The notes beneath the pieces were generated by a model. The model was not told where the DNA came from. It did not search any database and saw only the letters and a program-made list of their open reading frames with translations. A program made the position numbers and the translations under genes. DNA of 64,000 nt, taken from positions 32,001 through 96,000 of IMG/VR virus record IMGVR_UViG_3300024507_000173. One strand, 5' to 3'. Position 1 is the first letter of the stretch, and the number at the start of each line of letters is the position of its first letter. This DNA comes from a virus. Lineage: Duplodnaviria > Caudoviricetes. Below are positions 1 to 9,052 of the stretch, piece by piece.

Positions 1-50
1 AAAAGAAAGAAGGCACTAAAGTTGAAGGAACTAAGCCAGATAAAAAATAA
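1..50 (+). CDS. 3' end of an upstream gene, truncated by the window start
   Basis: Open frame KKEGTKVEGTKPDKK* ends in TAA at 48-50, just before a terminator. Confidence 0.5.
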   Translation, partial: KKEGTKVEGTKPDKK

Positions 51-77
51 TTTGAGCTCAGTAAATCTTACTTAAAT

Positions 78-107
78 AAAAGGACTACTTGACGTGGTCC
101 TTTTTTT
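78..107 (+). terminator. Rho-independent terminator
   Basis: Stem AAAAGGACTAC/GTGGTCCTTTT (one G-U pair), loop TTGAC, followed by a T7 tract. Confidence 0.8.
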
Positions 108-117
108 ATTGTATAAT
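89..117 (+). promoter_or_regulatory. Sigma70-type early promoter overlapping the terminator
   Basis: TTGACG(89-94)-17 bp-TATAAT(112-117). The predicted +1 coincides with the ATG at 124. Confidence 0.8.
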
Positions 118-123
118 GTTACT

Positions 124-975
124 ATGGATTATTACTCAACACTAGGTTTACAGAGAGGTGCCTCTGACGACGAAATTAAAAAGGCTTATCGTAAACTTGC
201 GATGAAGCATCATCCCGATCGCGGTGGTGACCAAAATAAATTTAAAGAAATATCTACTGCCTACGAAACATTAAGCGATCCTGATAAAAAACGGATTATC
301 GATATGGGCGGAGATCCTAATGCACAACCAGGAATGGGAGGTTTCCATCATCACGGCCCAGGAAATCCTTTTGAGTTCCATTTTGGTGCAGGTGATATAA
401 ATGATTTGTTTGGTAATTTTGGGTTTGGAGGTTTTGGTCGCCAACCGATGAGGAAAAACAAATCCCTAAACATAAACGTAACCGTGACATTAGAAGATGT
501 CCTAAACGGTAAAGATTTTACCGCCGAATTATCAATGCCGGGCGGAAAACCTAAAATGATCAACATTCAGATTCCTCAGGGAATAGAACACGGTCAACAA
601 ATTAGATACGAAGGTATGGGAGACAGTTCAATTCCTTCTCTTCGACCCGGAGATCTTATAGTAAATGTATTTGTTGCAGACCATCCTATTTTTAGACGAG
701 AAGGTGCAACTCTATTTTTAGAAAAAGAAATATCTGTTTGGGATGCAATTTTAGGAACGTCAGTTGAGATAACGACGTTAGATTTAAAAAAATTATCAAT
801 TAACATTCCGCAAGGAACACAACCAGACACAACATTACGGATAACAGGAGAAGGTCTTCCTAATATGAGGACTAGACAAAAAGGTCATTTGATGTTAAAA
901 ATTAAAGTATTAATACCTAAGAATTTAAACAATAATCAAATCGAACAGATTAAACAACTTAAAGAAGGAATCTAA
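124..975 (+). CDS. dnaJ: DnaJ-class co-chaperone, type II (no Zn finger; CbpA-like)
   Basis: MDYYSTLG...AYRKLAMKHHPDRGGD J-domain with HPD, G/F-rich linker, C-terminal DnaJ_C (GDLIV, GEGLP). Start moved to ATG 124. Confidence 0.92.
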   Translation: MDYYSTLGLQRGASDDEIKKAYRKLAMKHHPDRGGDQNKFKEISTAYETLSDPDKKRIIDMGGDPNAQPGMGGFHHHGPGNPFEFHFGAGDINDLFGNFGFGGFGRQPMRKNKSLNINVTVTLEDVLNGKDFTAELSMPGGKPKMINIQIPQGIEHGQQIRYEGMGDSSIPSLRPGDLIVNVFVADHPIFRREGATLFLEKEISVWDAILGTSVEITTLDLKKLSINIPQGTQPDTTLRITGEGLPNMRTRQKGHLMLKIKVLIPKNLNNNQIEQIKQLKEGI

Positions 976-978
976 ATA

Positions 979-3336
979 ATGATCGAACCAAGTAAGCAAC
1001 TTCAAGAAATTTTTGAAGACTCTATTAGAGTTGCAAAAGACTTAGGTCACGAATATATTACCATCGAACATATTGTTTTTGGTATTATGAACGACGATGA
1101 ATCATTCAAACTTATAGAAAGTTTTGGTGCAGATTCAACTTTTATTAAAACTAATCTTGAACATTATCTAAAAAATAATCTTAACGATATCAAGATTTCA
1201 AATCCAAATATTAAGCCAAAGAAAACTAATAGTGTGGAACGTGTGCTTAATCGTTGTTTTACACAGGTGTTGTTTAGCGGCCGTCAACGAATGGAAGTGG
1301 CCGATGTAATCATCAGTGTGTTATCAGAAAAGAATAGTTTTGCCTTTTACTTCTTAACAAAAGGTGGTGTAACTAAAGAAAAATTTGTAAAATATTTCCA
1401 AGAAAATTTTGTACAGGAAGAAGAGGTCGAATTGAGCGAAAATAAAGTTGTTAATACAAATCAAGCAGATAGAATTTTAAATCAATTCTGTACAAATTTA
1501 AGCTTCAAAGCAAAGCAGCGTAAGATTGACCCTGTTATTGGTCGTGATGATGAAATTGAAAAAATTCAACTAGTTCTAGCTCGACGTAATAAGAGTAACG
1601 TTCTTATGGTAGGTGATCCAGGTGTAGGTAAGACTGCTATTGCAGAAGGACTTGCACGTAAGATCTTTGAAAAGAAAGTCCCTAAATTCATTCAGGATCA
1701 TCAAGTTTATACACTTGATATTAGTTCATTGCTTGCTGGCAGTAAATATCGTGGTGATTTTGAAGAGCGATTAAAAGCAGTTTTATCAGCACTTGAAAAG
1801 AAAGGTAAAATTATTCTTTTTATCGACGAAGCGCATATGATGAACGGTGCAGGTGCTGCAAGTCAAAGTTCTAACGATATGGCCAATATGCTTAAGCCTA
1901 TTCTTACCAAAGGTATTATCAAACTTATTGCATCTACTACCTGGGAAGAATATCGAAAATACTTCGAAAGCGATCGTGCTCTAATGCGTCGATTCCAGCG
2001 TGTAAGTATTGAAGAACCTACTCCAGAAATCACTATTAAGATTCTTAAAGGTCTTAAAAAGTATTATGAACAACATCACAATGTTAAAATTAGTGATGCG
2101 GCTATTGACCAAGCAGTTAAATTATCTGTCAAGTATATGGCGGATAAGAAACTTCCAGATAAGGCCATTGATATCATTGACTGTGCTGCGGCTCGTTACA
2201 AACTTAAAGACGACGAAGCAATGGACGGCATTGATCAAATTGTTGACATCGAACAAGTTACATACGAACTTAGCAAGATGATCAATATGCCTTTAGAGAC
2301 TGTAGCACAAAAAGAAAGCAAAAATCTTTCAGGATTAGATGCACAAATGAAATCCGTTGTTTACGGTCAGGATAAAGCTGTTGACACATTGCTTGACAAA
2401 GTTATGGTTGCACAAGCAGGTATGAAAGCACCTAACAAACCAATTGGTTCATTCTTATTCTTAGGCCCAACAGGTTGCGGTAAAACAGAAACTGCTAAAC
2501 AACTTGCAGACAAGATGGGTATGCAACTTATTCGTTTCGATATGGGCGAATATCAAGAGAAGCATAGTGTTGCACGGTTAATTGGTGCTCCTCCAGGGTA
2601 TGTTGGTTACGAAGATAACGCAGGTCAGTTAATTACTAAACTGCAAGAACAACCTAATTCTATTTTATTGTTAGACGAAATCGAAAAAGCACATCCAGAT
2701 GTTTCTAACATTCTTCTTGCTTTTATGGATAACGGGTTTGTTACAGGATCAAATGGTAAACAAGCAGATGGTCGAAATACAATTCTTATTATGACATCTA
2801 ACCTAGGTGCTGCCGATAACGAACGTAATACCATTGGATTCGGCGAACTAGAACGCGACGGCGAAGATGATAAAGCAATTAAAAAATTCTTTGCTCCTGA
2901 ATTCCGCAATCGTCTTGACGCTGTAATTAAATTCAATAAACTTAGCGAAAAAGTTGTTGAACAAATTGTCAAGAAATTTATTGGCGATCTCAACGGTCAA
3001 CTTAAAGATAAAGGAATTGAAATTGTTCTTACAGCTAAAGCTACTCGTTGGTTAGCAGATAAAGGTTATGATAAGAAAATGGGTGCTCGCCCGTTGGCTC
3101 GTATTATCGATAACGAAGTTAAAAGTCCTTTAAGTCGTCGTGTGCTGTTTGGCGATCTAGTTAATGGTGGTCGAGTAACTGTAGATATTGTTGATGATAA
3201 ACTAGACTTTACAGTTGCAGAAATTCCTAAACCATTAACTAAAGAAGAAAAGAAAGCACTCAGAGCACAACGGGCCGCTGAAGAAGCTAAGGTAGAATCG
3301 GATGCTATCACAGAAGACCAAACAGACAACTCGTAA
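979..3336 (+). CDS. clpA: ATP-dependent Clp unfoldase, ClpA-like
   Basis: Clp-N domain, two AAA+ modules (GDPGVGKT/FIDEAH and GPTGCGKT/LLDEIEKAHPD), IGF ClpP-docking loop (NTIGFG), no ClpB coiled-coil middle domain. Confidence 0.9.
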   Translation: MIEPSKQLQEIFEDSIRVAKDLGHEYITIEHIVFGIMNDDESFKLIESFGADSTFIKTNLEHYLKNNLNDIKISNPNIKPKKTNSVERVLNRCFTQVLFSGRQRMEVADVIISVLSEKNSFAFYFLTKGGVTKEKFVKYFQENFVQEEEVELSENKVVNTNQADRILNQFCTNLSFKAKQRKIDPVIGRDDEIEKIQLVLARRNKSNVLMVGDPGVGKTAIAEGLARKIFEKKVPKFIQDHQVYTLDISSLLAGSKYRGDFEERLKAVLSALEKKGKIILFIDEAHMMNGAGAASQSSNDMANMLKPILTKGIIKLIASTTWEEYRKYFESDRALMRRFQRVSIEEPTPEITIKILKGLKKYYEQHHNVKISDAAIDQAVKLSVKYMADKKLPDKAIDIIDCAAARYKLKDDEAMDGIDQIVDIEQVTYELSKMINMPLETVAQKESKNLSGLDAQMKSVVYGQDKAVDTLLDKVMVAQAGMKAPNKPIGSFLFLGPTGCGKTETAKQLADKMGMQLIRFDMGEYQEKHSVARLIGAPPGYVGYEDNAGQLITKLQEQPNSILLLDEIEKAHPDVSNILLAFMDNGFVTGSNGKQADGRNTILIMTSNLGAADNERNTIGFGELERDGEDDKAIKKFFAPEFRNRLDAVIKFNKLSEKVVEQIVKKFIGDLNGQLKDKGIEIVLTAKATRWLADKGYDKKMGARPLARIIDNEVKSPLSRRVLFGDLVNGGRVTVDIVDDKLDFTVAEIPKPLTKEEKKALRAQRAAEEAKVESDAITEDQTDNS

Positions 3337-3982
3337 ATTTTACGGTAAATGGTTATACAAGGCCAGCTTTACAATAGAAGGCTGTGCCTTGTTAAGAACT
3401 AAAAATTTAGATGAAGTAGAACAATTTTGTCTAGGTCCAGATCCAGACACAAATCATTTTTCTTTTAAACAAAGAGCTTGGCATAATAAAGATGTTATTC
3501 TTCCGTTTGTTCAATTTTTAAAAAAATATACCGCAGATCTATATAGCCTAAGAATAGAAAGTGGTCTGATTGACGTATACACTAACGACAATTCTTTTTA
3601 TGATTTAATTTCTACATCGTTTGAATATATCTTACGGCATCGGTTTGAACCTAGTACTTCTAGCATTGATCTATTAAATTCTAATCAAAATTATATCACT
3701 GTAGATAAATTGCCCAAAGGTAGGTATAATTATAGAGTATATCTATTACCTCACAAAATGAAAGGCGATAAAGAAGGAAAACAACGTTATCTGGATTGGC
3801 TTAAGAAACAAGATGGTAAAGTTACTTGCACACCTGCTGTAGAAAATTGGTTTTTAAACACTGACTGGAATTGGGATAGAAGGTATGTATTAGTTGAAGA
3901 CGAAGCTACTCTGCTGATGCTAAAACTCCGTAATTCGGAAGTCGTAGGTCGAATCTACAACTTTGTTATTTCCGATAAATAA
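3302..3982 (+). CDS. Hypothetical phage protein
   Basis: 226-aa ORF overlapping the clpA end; no motif recognised. Confidence 0.7.
   Translation: MLSQKTKQTTRKFYGKWLYKASFTIEGCALLRTKNLDEVEQFCLGPDPDTNHFSFKQRAWHNKDVILPFVQFLKKYTADLYSLRIESGLIDVYTNDNSFYDLISTSFEYILRHRFEPSTSSIDLLNSNQNYITVDKLPKGRYNYRVYLLPHKMKGDKEGKQRYLDWLKKQDGKVTCTPAVENWFLNTDWNWDRRYVLVEDEATLLMLKLRNSEVVGRIYNFVISDK
3974..3981 (+). promoter_or_regulatory. T4-like late promoter (GATAAATA)
   Basis: One mismatch to TATAAATA, directly before GTG/ATG 3983/3986; no Shine-Dalgarno. Confidence 0.55.
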
Positions 3983-3985
3983 GTG

Positions 3986-4360
3986 ATGAGCTTTGAAACC
4001 TTTAATTTATTAGAAAATATCAGTGTGCATTCTGCATATAACAGAGATTATGATGCAGGCACAGATGCAGATGCGGTATTTTATTCCGATAAAAGCAGAG
4101 GCGCAGGATATTATAAAAACGGCAGCGGAATACATACTGTCTTGTTTCATACTGAGGGATTTGTAGGTACTATTGCTTTACAAGCAACTTTAGAACTTCA
4201 CCCCGGTGATAATGATTGGTTTGACGTTCATACAGAAACGTTTGATTTAGATAGCTCAAATTCTAATAGAAGCACAAATATTACCGGAAAATTTGTGTTT
4301 ATTCGCGCAAAATACCACATCGAAGACGGCCAAATTATTGCGGTCCGTTATAATTGCTAA
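3986..4360 (+). CDS. Hypothetical beta-rich protein, possibly virion-associated
   Basis: ORF after a late-promoter motif; GTIALQATLE...DWFDV...FVFIRAKY pattern suggests a beta-sandwich. Confidence 0.65.
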   Translation: MSFETFNLLENISVHSAYNRDYDAGTDADAVFYSDKSRGAGYYKNGSGIHTVLFHTEGFVGTIALQATLELHPGDNDWFDVHTETFDLDSSNSNRSTNITGKFVFIRAKYHIEDGQIIAVRYNC

Positions 4361-4372
4361 CAGTAAACTTTC

Positions 4373-4409
4373 GATAAATATAGTATCATCTTACGGAAGA
4401 TACTATGTT
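4373..4409 (+). promoter_or_regulatory. Late promoter GATAAATA plus a hairpin covering the start codon
   Basis: GATAAATA 4373-4380. Stem AATATAGTATC(4377-4387)/GATACTATGTT(4399-4409) includes ATG 4405. Confidence 0.6.
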
Positions 4410-4740
4410 ATTGAAAGAAATGTTTAGCCCTATTGGTGCACCAAAAGACGACCAGCAAGATATTGACTGGTTAGACGATTTAAAGTTCTTTATTGACAAC
4501 GATACAGGAATTTTAGATCAGCACTTCTTCCCTGCCATTAAAAAACATAGAGAACACAAGGGTAATCCTCACGTATTTAAAATATACATTAGACCTATTG
4601 AAACAGCAGTAGGACATTATTGCGATAAATTTGATATTAAAGATAAAGAAGAAAAATTCCCCAAAGAAAAATTAATCGATCTTGCCAAACGCATTGCAGA
4701 TGAACAAGAAAAACATATAGAAAAAGGCGATTACAAGTAA
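4405..4740 (+). CDS. Hypothetical protein, candidate internal head protein
   Basis: 111-aa ORF; N-terminus MLLKEMF resembles those of its neighbours. Confidence 0.65.
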   Translation: MLLKEMFSPIGAPKDDQQDIDWLDDLKFFIDNDTGILDQHFFPAIKKHREHKGNPHVFKIYIRPIETAVGHYCDKFDIKDKEEKFPKEKLIDLAKRIADEQEKHIEKGDYK

Positions 4741-5714
4741 TGTTATTGTTTGAATTATTTGAAGGCGGAACAAAACACGTTACATTTTGCTTTGGCAGAA
4801 TGAATCCACCTACCATTGGCCATAAGCAGGTATTAGATACTATGAAAGCCCAGGGCGGAGATATGCAGATATTTGTTAGTCAAAGTCAAGATGCTAAAAA
4901 GAATCCTTTAGATTATGGAACTAAAATAAAGTTTATTAAAGAAATGTTTCCAGAATATGCTAAAGATGTTGTAGATAATGCCGGTCTTAATACAGTTGTA
5001 AAAGTTGCTTCTTATCTTTATGATAACGGCTATAATGCAGCTACGTTTGTTGCAGGTAGTGATCGTTTAGAAGATATGAAAAAATTGTTAGAAGGATACA
5101 ACGGTGTTGAAGGTAAAGCACACGGTTTCTATAAATTTGATGTTCTAGATTTTGTATCAAGCGGAGATAGAGAAGATGGTGCAGAAGGCGTTGCTGGTGT
5201 AAGTGCCAGTGGAGCAAGAGCTGCCGCTGCCAATAACGATTTTGAAGGATTTAAAGAAGCAACAGGTGCAGGGGAACTTGCTAAACCTTTATTTGTTGCT
5301 GTTCGTAAAGGTATGAAAATTACCGAAAGTATTTCAGAAGCACCTATCGAATTAGATCCTGCTGATCCAATGGATCCTATGATTCATAGTCACAACAAAG
5401 CTAATCCTGCTAAACTTAAATATAGAATGTTAAGAGCAGCGGGTCAAATCAAAGATTTAGCCAGTAGAGTTGATGGTGCTAGCCCAGGCGAATGGCAGAC
5501 TATGGTAAGACAATTTGATGAATTAAAAATGAATGTTGAACAAATTCGTCATGCTTTAGAAGAGCTTGCAAAAATTCGTAAGAAAGGCGGAATACGTAGT
5601 AGAGGTATCGATCCTATGATTGACAGCATTGAGGAAGGATACGGACGCTATTGGTGTTCGACAGATAAAAAATGGAAGGAACGTAAGGGTCCAAAACAAA
5701 AGAGGTCGTCATGA
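4740..5714 (+). CDS. Cytidylyltransferase-like (HIGH-superfamily) nucleotidyltransferase with extra C-terminal segments
   Basis: FGRMNPPTIGH (HxGH-type), KNPL, VAGSDR and SAS motifs typical of the T4-like phage cytidyltransferase family. Confidence 0.75.
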   Translation: MLLFELFEGGTKHVTFCFGRMNPPTIGHKQVLDTMKAQGGDMQIFVSQSQDAKKNPLDYGTKIKFIKEMFPEYAKDVVDNAGLNTVVKVASYLYDNGYNAATFVAGSDRLEDMKKLLEGYNGVEGKAHGFYKFDVLDFVSSGDREDGAEGVAGVSASGARAAAANNDFEGFKEATGAGELAKPLFVAVRKGMKITESISEAPIELDPADPMDPMIHSHNKANPAKLKYRMLRAAGQIKDLASRVDGASPGEWQTMVRQFDELKMNVEQIRHALEELAKIRKKGGIRSRGIDPMIDSIEEGYGRYWCSTDKKWKERKGPKQKRSS

Positions 5715-6304
5715 GAGCAAAAGATATTATACCAACAAGTAAACCAAGAAACTTTGTAGCTAAGAATCAAAAAACTAGCGGTGCCGGCGCACACAAAGAT
5801 AAAAAGAAAGCACAAAAGCAAGGTGATGTTAAGCACAAGAATAAAGTCGATGAAACTGAACTTCGCAATAAAGATGACCTTCAAGCAAAACGCAAAGCCC
5901 TACAAGACCTACAAATGGATCCAATTGCCGGAAAAGATCCTGAAATTAAACAGGCCATTATTCAACGCAAGGCAGACCTAGAAAAAGAAGCAAAGCAAAA
6001 AGGTATGGCAGAAGCAGGTTTTGGACGTGATGCTTATCAAAGAGACTATGATAGTAGCGTAAGCGGATTTGGACGTAGAAATAGAGAAGACGACTGGGAC
6101 GAAGGTAATACAGAACCTCCAAACAACTTTGCTATCTACATTAACGGCAAGAAATGGAAAGTATTTCAAGGTCAAGGAACATATGCCGACGATTACAGAG
6201 AAATGGCTCAGCTTCGTAGATTACAAGATATGTGCCGTAAGAAAACTGCACAGACTGGCAAGAAATGGGAAGTATCTAGAACAGGTGAAAAGGCTACTGC
6301 ATAA
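5711..6304 (+). CDS. Charged hypothetical protein, candidate internal head protein
   Basis: K/E/D-rich, ATGA overlap, N-terminus MRAKDII, internal VDE/MAE sites. Confidence 0.65.
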   Translation: MRAKDIIPTSKPRNFVAKNQKTSGAGAHKDKKKAQKQGDVKHKNKVDETELRNKDDLQAKRKALQDLQMDPIAGKDPEIKQAIIQRKADLEKEAKQKGMAEAGFGRDAYQRDYDSSVSGFGRRNREDDWDEGNTEPPNNFAIYINGKKWKVFQGQGTYADDYREMAQLRRLQDMCRKKTAQTGKKWEVSRTGEKATA

Positions 6305-6627
6305 TGATTGAGATAACTGAATCAGCTAAAAGTAAAATCGTAGATTTATTGATTGATGAAAACAATCCTAAACTAGCTCTTCGAACCTTTGTACAAGGCG
6401 GAGGCTGTGCTGGTTTCAGTTATGGATTTACATTTGACGAGGAACAAAACGAAGATGATTTCGAAATTCCTTTAGAAAATTTTAAAGTTCTTGTTGATTC
6501 TATGAGTATGCAATACCTACAAGGTGCTGTCATAGATTATAAAGAAGAGTTAATGGGCAGTCAATTTGTAATTAAAAATCCAAATGCTCAAACAACCTGT
6601 GGATGTGGGAGTAGTTTTGCTGTATGA
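6304..6627 (+). CDS. erpA: A-type Fe-S cluster carrier (ErpA/IscA, HesB family)
   Basis: [10 protein letters not shown] and C-terminal [14 protein letters not shown] motifs. Confidence 0.9.
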   Translation: MIEITESAKSKIVDLLIDENNPKLALRTFVQGGGCAGFSYGFTFDEEQNEDDFEIPLENFKVLVDSMSMQYLQGAVIDYKEELMGSQFVIKNPNAQTTCGCGSSFAV

Positions 6628-6818
6628 AACAATATCGTGTAACATATAATGTACAAACCAGTGAAGAAGACTGCGTCTTAGATCCCAACGATCCTATTCA
6701 TAAAATGAAAGAAGGAATGTTTATGGGAGGTATTGCTGGTGTAGACACGTATCTAGTATATCCAGAAAAACAAAGCATTGACTCCGACGAAAAAATTAAT
6801 CCCTTTAGTCAAGTATGA
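6624..6818 (+). CDS. Small hypothetical protein
   Basis: 64 aa, ATGA-coupled on both sides. Confidence 0.6.
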   Translation: MKQYRVTYNVQTSEEDCVLDPNDPIHKMKEGMFMGGIAGVDTYLVYPEKQSIDSDEKINPFSQV

Positions 6819-7540
6819 GAGCAGCAGAGTTTATTACTCCTCAAGAATTAGAGGAAGGTTGGAAAGACTGGGTAGCCGGTGCTGCTTTAGGTGCTGCCGC
6901 ATTAGGGCACAGTCCTAGTGCAGAGGCAGGCAAAGTAAAAAACCAAAACGATAAACCTGCAATTGTACAACAGGCAAAACAACAACATACCAAAAAAGTA
7001 GATCCGTTAAAAACAATTAGCAAAAAAGATGTTGCTAAATCTGTTACAGGAAATCCGCACGAAGTGTACCTTAAAAAGGCTGCTGAGAAAGCAGGTATAA
7101 AAGGGCCAGAGCTTGCTGCGTTTCTAGCTCAATGTGCTCACGAAACATTAGACTTTAAACATATGAAAGAAATTGGTGGATCTTTAGATTTTAAAAAATA
7201 CGATCCTAGATACGCTCCTCGCAAGGCAAAAATTTTAGGAAACAAACAAGCAGGGGACGGTGCCAAATATAAGGGACGTGGTTATATTCAGTTAACTGGA
7301 CGAGAAAATTATAAAAAAGCCGGAGAAGCTCTAGGTCTTCCTTTAGAAAAACATCCAGAGCTTGTAGAAAAACCTGAAGTTGCTGCCAAAGTTGCAGTAT
7401 GGTATTGGAAAACCCGTGTTGCTAATAAAGTTGATAGTTTTAAAGATACAAAATCTGTAACTAAACCAATTAATCCAGGAATGAAACATCTAGATCAACG
7501 TAAAGAAAAACATCAAGCATTCCAGCTAGCTATGCGATAA
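6815..7540 (+). CDS. Glycoside hydrolase family 19 (chitinase-like) muramidase
   Basis: AAFLAQCAHET, YKGRGYIQLTGRENY, AVWYW and IN motifs of GH19 phage lysins; Ala/Gly-rich N-terminal extension. Confidence 0.88.
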   Translation: MRAAEFITPQELEEGWKDWVAGAALGAAALGHSPSAEAGKVKNQNDKPAIVQQAKQQHTKKVDPLKTISKKDVAKSVTGNPHEVYLKKAAEKAGIKGPELAAFLAQCAHETLDFKHMKEIGGSLDFKKYDPRYAPRKAKILGNKQAGDGAKYKGRGYIQLTGRENYKKAGEALGLPLEKHPELVEKPEVAAKVAVWYWKTRVANKVDSFKDTKSVTKPINPGMKHLDQRKEKHQAFQLAMR

Positions 7541-7543
7541 ATA
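7536..7543 (+). promoter_or_regulatory. T4-like late promoter (GATAAATA)
   Basis: Overlaps the upstream TAA; ATG 7549 follows after 5 nt with no SD. Confidence 0.55.
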
Positions 7544-7548
7544 TTAAT

Positions 7549-7794
7549 ATGAAAATAAGTGAACTTTTAGAAACAGCCACAGCAGGTGCTACTTCAGCAG
7601 GTAATATTGCTACCGTTGCAAATCCGCATATTAGCCCAGGAAAAGCTCGTGGAAAAACAAGCTATACTGGTAGCCCGGGAAAATCTGGCACAAAGGCTCC
7701 TCCGCAGCCTAAACCCAAGAAACAAAAGCCAACAGATAACGCATTAAATATGAAAACTAATATCTTTGGCGAAGGCAACTTCATTAAAAGATAA
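7549..7794 (+). CDS. Small basic hypothetical protein, candidate internal head protein
   Basis: MKISELLE-TATAGATSAGNIA start and K/P/G-rich tail. Confidence 0.65.
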   Translation: MKISELLETATAGATSAGNIATVANPHISPGKARGKTSYTGSPGKSGTKAPPQPKPKKQKPTDNALNMKTNIFGEGNFIKR

Positions 7795-7797
7795 ATA
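7790..7797 (+). promoter_or_regulatory. T4-like late promoter (GATAAATA)
   Basis: Overlaps the upstream TAA; AGGA SD and ATG 7825 lie downstream. Confidence 0.55.
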
Positions 7798-7824
7798 AAG
7801 TATACACCTTTTAGGACTTTTATT

Positions 7825-8703
7825 ATGGACTTTAAATCACTAATTACTAAAATTGAGAGCATCGACGGCAAGATCGAAACTCCTGCTGCTCCTCAATTAC
7901 CAAAATCTGTACAGTTAAACGAAGACGCAGAATTGCGTGTTTTAGCTGGACAATCTTCTTACATTGCTGAAGCAAAGAAAGCAAAAGAAGAAAAGAAAGA
8001 AGAAGTTGAAGAAGGCTTTGACGCTGATGCTAAAACTGGCGATACAAAGAAAACTTCAACAGGTACTTTAACAAAAACTGCAACAGGTGTAAAACACACT
8101 CGTGACAAGTTTGAATACGATCCAGGTTCAGATGACAAGGACGACAAGAAGCGTAAAGAAAAAGCTCGTAAGTCTGCTAAAGAATCTGTAGATCCAGAAC
8201 AATTTAAGTCTAAATTCCTAAAAATGGTTGAGGCTAAAAAGTCTGATAAAGAAGATAAAAAAGCCAAGAAAGAAAAGAAAATGGACGAAGGTGCAAAGCC
8301 AGATTTCTTAGACATTGACAAAGACGGTGACAAGAAAGAGCCAATGAAAAAAGCTGCTGCCGAAAAAGGCGGTAACAAGAAAGATGGCAAGAAAGGTATG
8401 AGCGACAAGCAGGCAAAATACTTTGGTGGCAAGAAAAACGAATCTGTTAAAACTTCTAAGAAAGTTGTTGCTGAAAGTGTAGAACAAAAACTAACATTTA
8501 AGCAAATGGTTCAGTTGGTTCAAGAAAGCGGCGGTCAACAACAAATTGATGCAATTGATACAGAATTGTTCAACTGGGCTCAACGTGTTGCTGTTGCTAA
8601 ACTAGGCGAAGGTATGAAAGCAGATCTATACGCAGGTTTAATTTACGAACGTAACGGCGGCGTATTTGAAATGTATGACGTACTAAGCGAAGATCAAAAG
8701 TAA
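7825..8703 (+). CDS. Highly charged K/E/D-rich protein, candidate prohead core/internal protein
   Basis: Repeated LNE/VEE/MVE/MDE/VAE/VQE sites and an EF-hand-like PDFLDIDKDGDKKEPM segment. Confidence 0.65.
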   Translation: MDFKSLITKIESIDGKIETPAAPQLPKSVQLNEDAELRVLAGQSSYIAEAKKAKEEKKEEVEEGFDADAKTGDTKKTSTGTLTKTATGVKHTRDKFEYDPGSDDKDDKKRKEKARKSAKESVDPEQFKSKFLKMVEAKKSDKEDKKAKKEKKMDEGAKPDFLDIDKDGDKKEPMKKAAAEKGGNKKDGKKGMSDKQAKYFGGKKNESVKTSKKVVAESVEQKLTFKQMVQLVQESGGQQQIDAIDTELFNWAQRVAVAKLGEGMKADLYAGLIYERNGGVFEMYDVLSEDQK

Positions 8704-8721
8704 TTTAACCAAAAGGTGTAG

Positions 8722-8753
8722 AAAAGCCAGTCATAGGTTGACTGGCTTTTTTT
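8722..8753 (+). terminator. Rho-independent terminator, potentially bidirectional
   Basis: Perfect 12-bp stem AAAAGCCAGTCA/TGACTGGCTTTT, loop TAGGT, T7 tract. Confidence 0.9.
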
Positions 8754-8766
8754 GTGGCTATATAAT
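8738..8766 (+). promoter_or_regulatory. Sigma70-type early promoter overlapping the terminator
   Basis: TTGACT(8738-8743)-17 bp-TATAAT(8761-8766), then AGGAG SD and ATG 8792. Confidence 0.82.
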
Positions 8767-8791
8767 ATACTTTTATATACAGGAGAATACT

Positions 8792-9052
8792 ATGGCAAAA
8801 ATGTACGGTCCAGAAGAAAAGGCTAAACTTGAGCGTCTCATTAACGAAGGTGGAAATGTATTGCGCGAAATTGAAGATCTCCAAGAAGGCCTAAAAGAAA
8901 CCGTTAAGGCCGTAGCAGAAGAGCTACAAGTTAAACCTAGCATTATTAATAAAGCAATTAAGATTGCACATAAAGACAATTGGAAGTCTCACGAAGAAGA
9001 GTGGGATGAAATTGAAATGATTTTGGGCGTTACCAAACGTTTACCCGAATGA
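8792..9052 (+). CDS. Small dsDNA-binding protein (T4 DsbA/GapR-like)
   Basis: Helical ~86 aa EKAKLERLINEG...LKETVKAVAEELQVKPSIINKAIKIAHK; start reset to the ATG after AGGAG. Confidence 0.6.
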   Translation: MAKMYGPEEKAKLERLINEGGNVLREIEDLQEGLKETVKAVAEELQVKPSIINKAIKIAHKDNWKSHEEEWDEIEMILGVTKRLPE

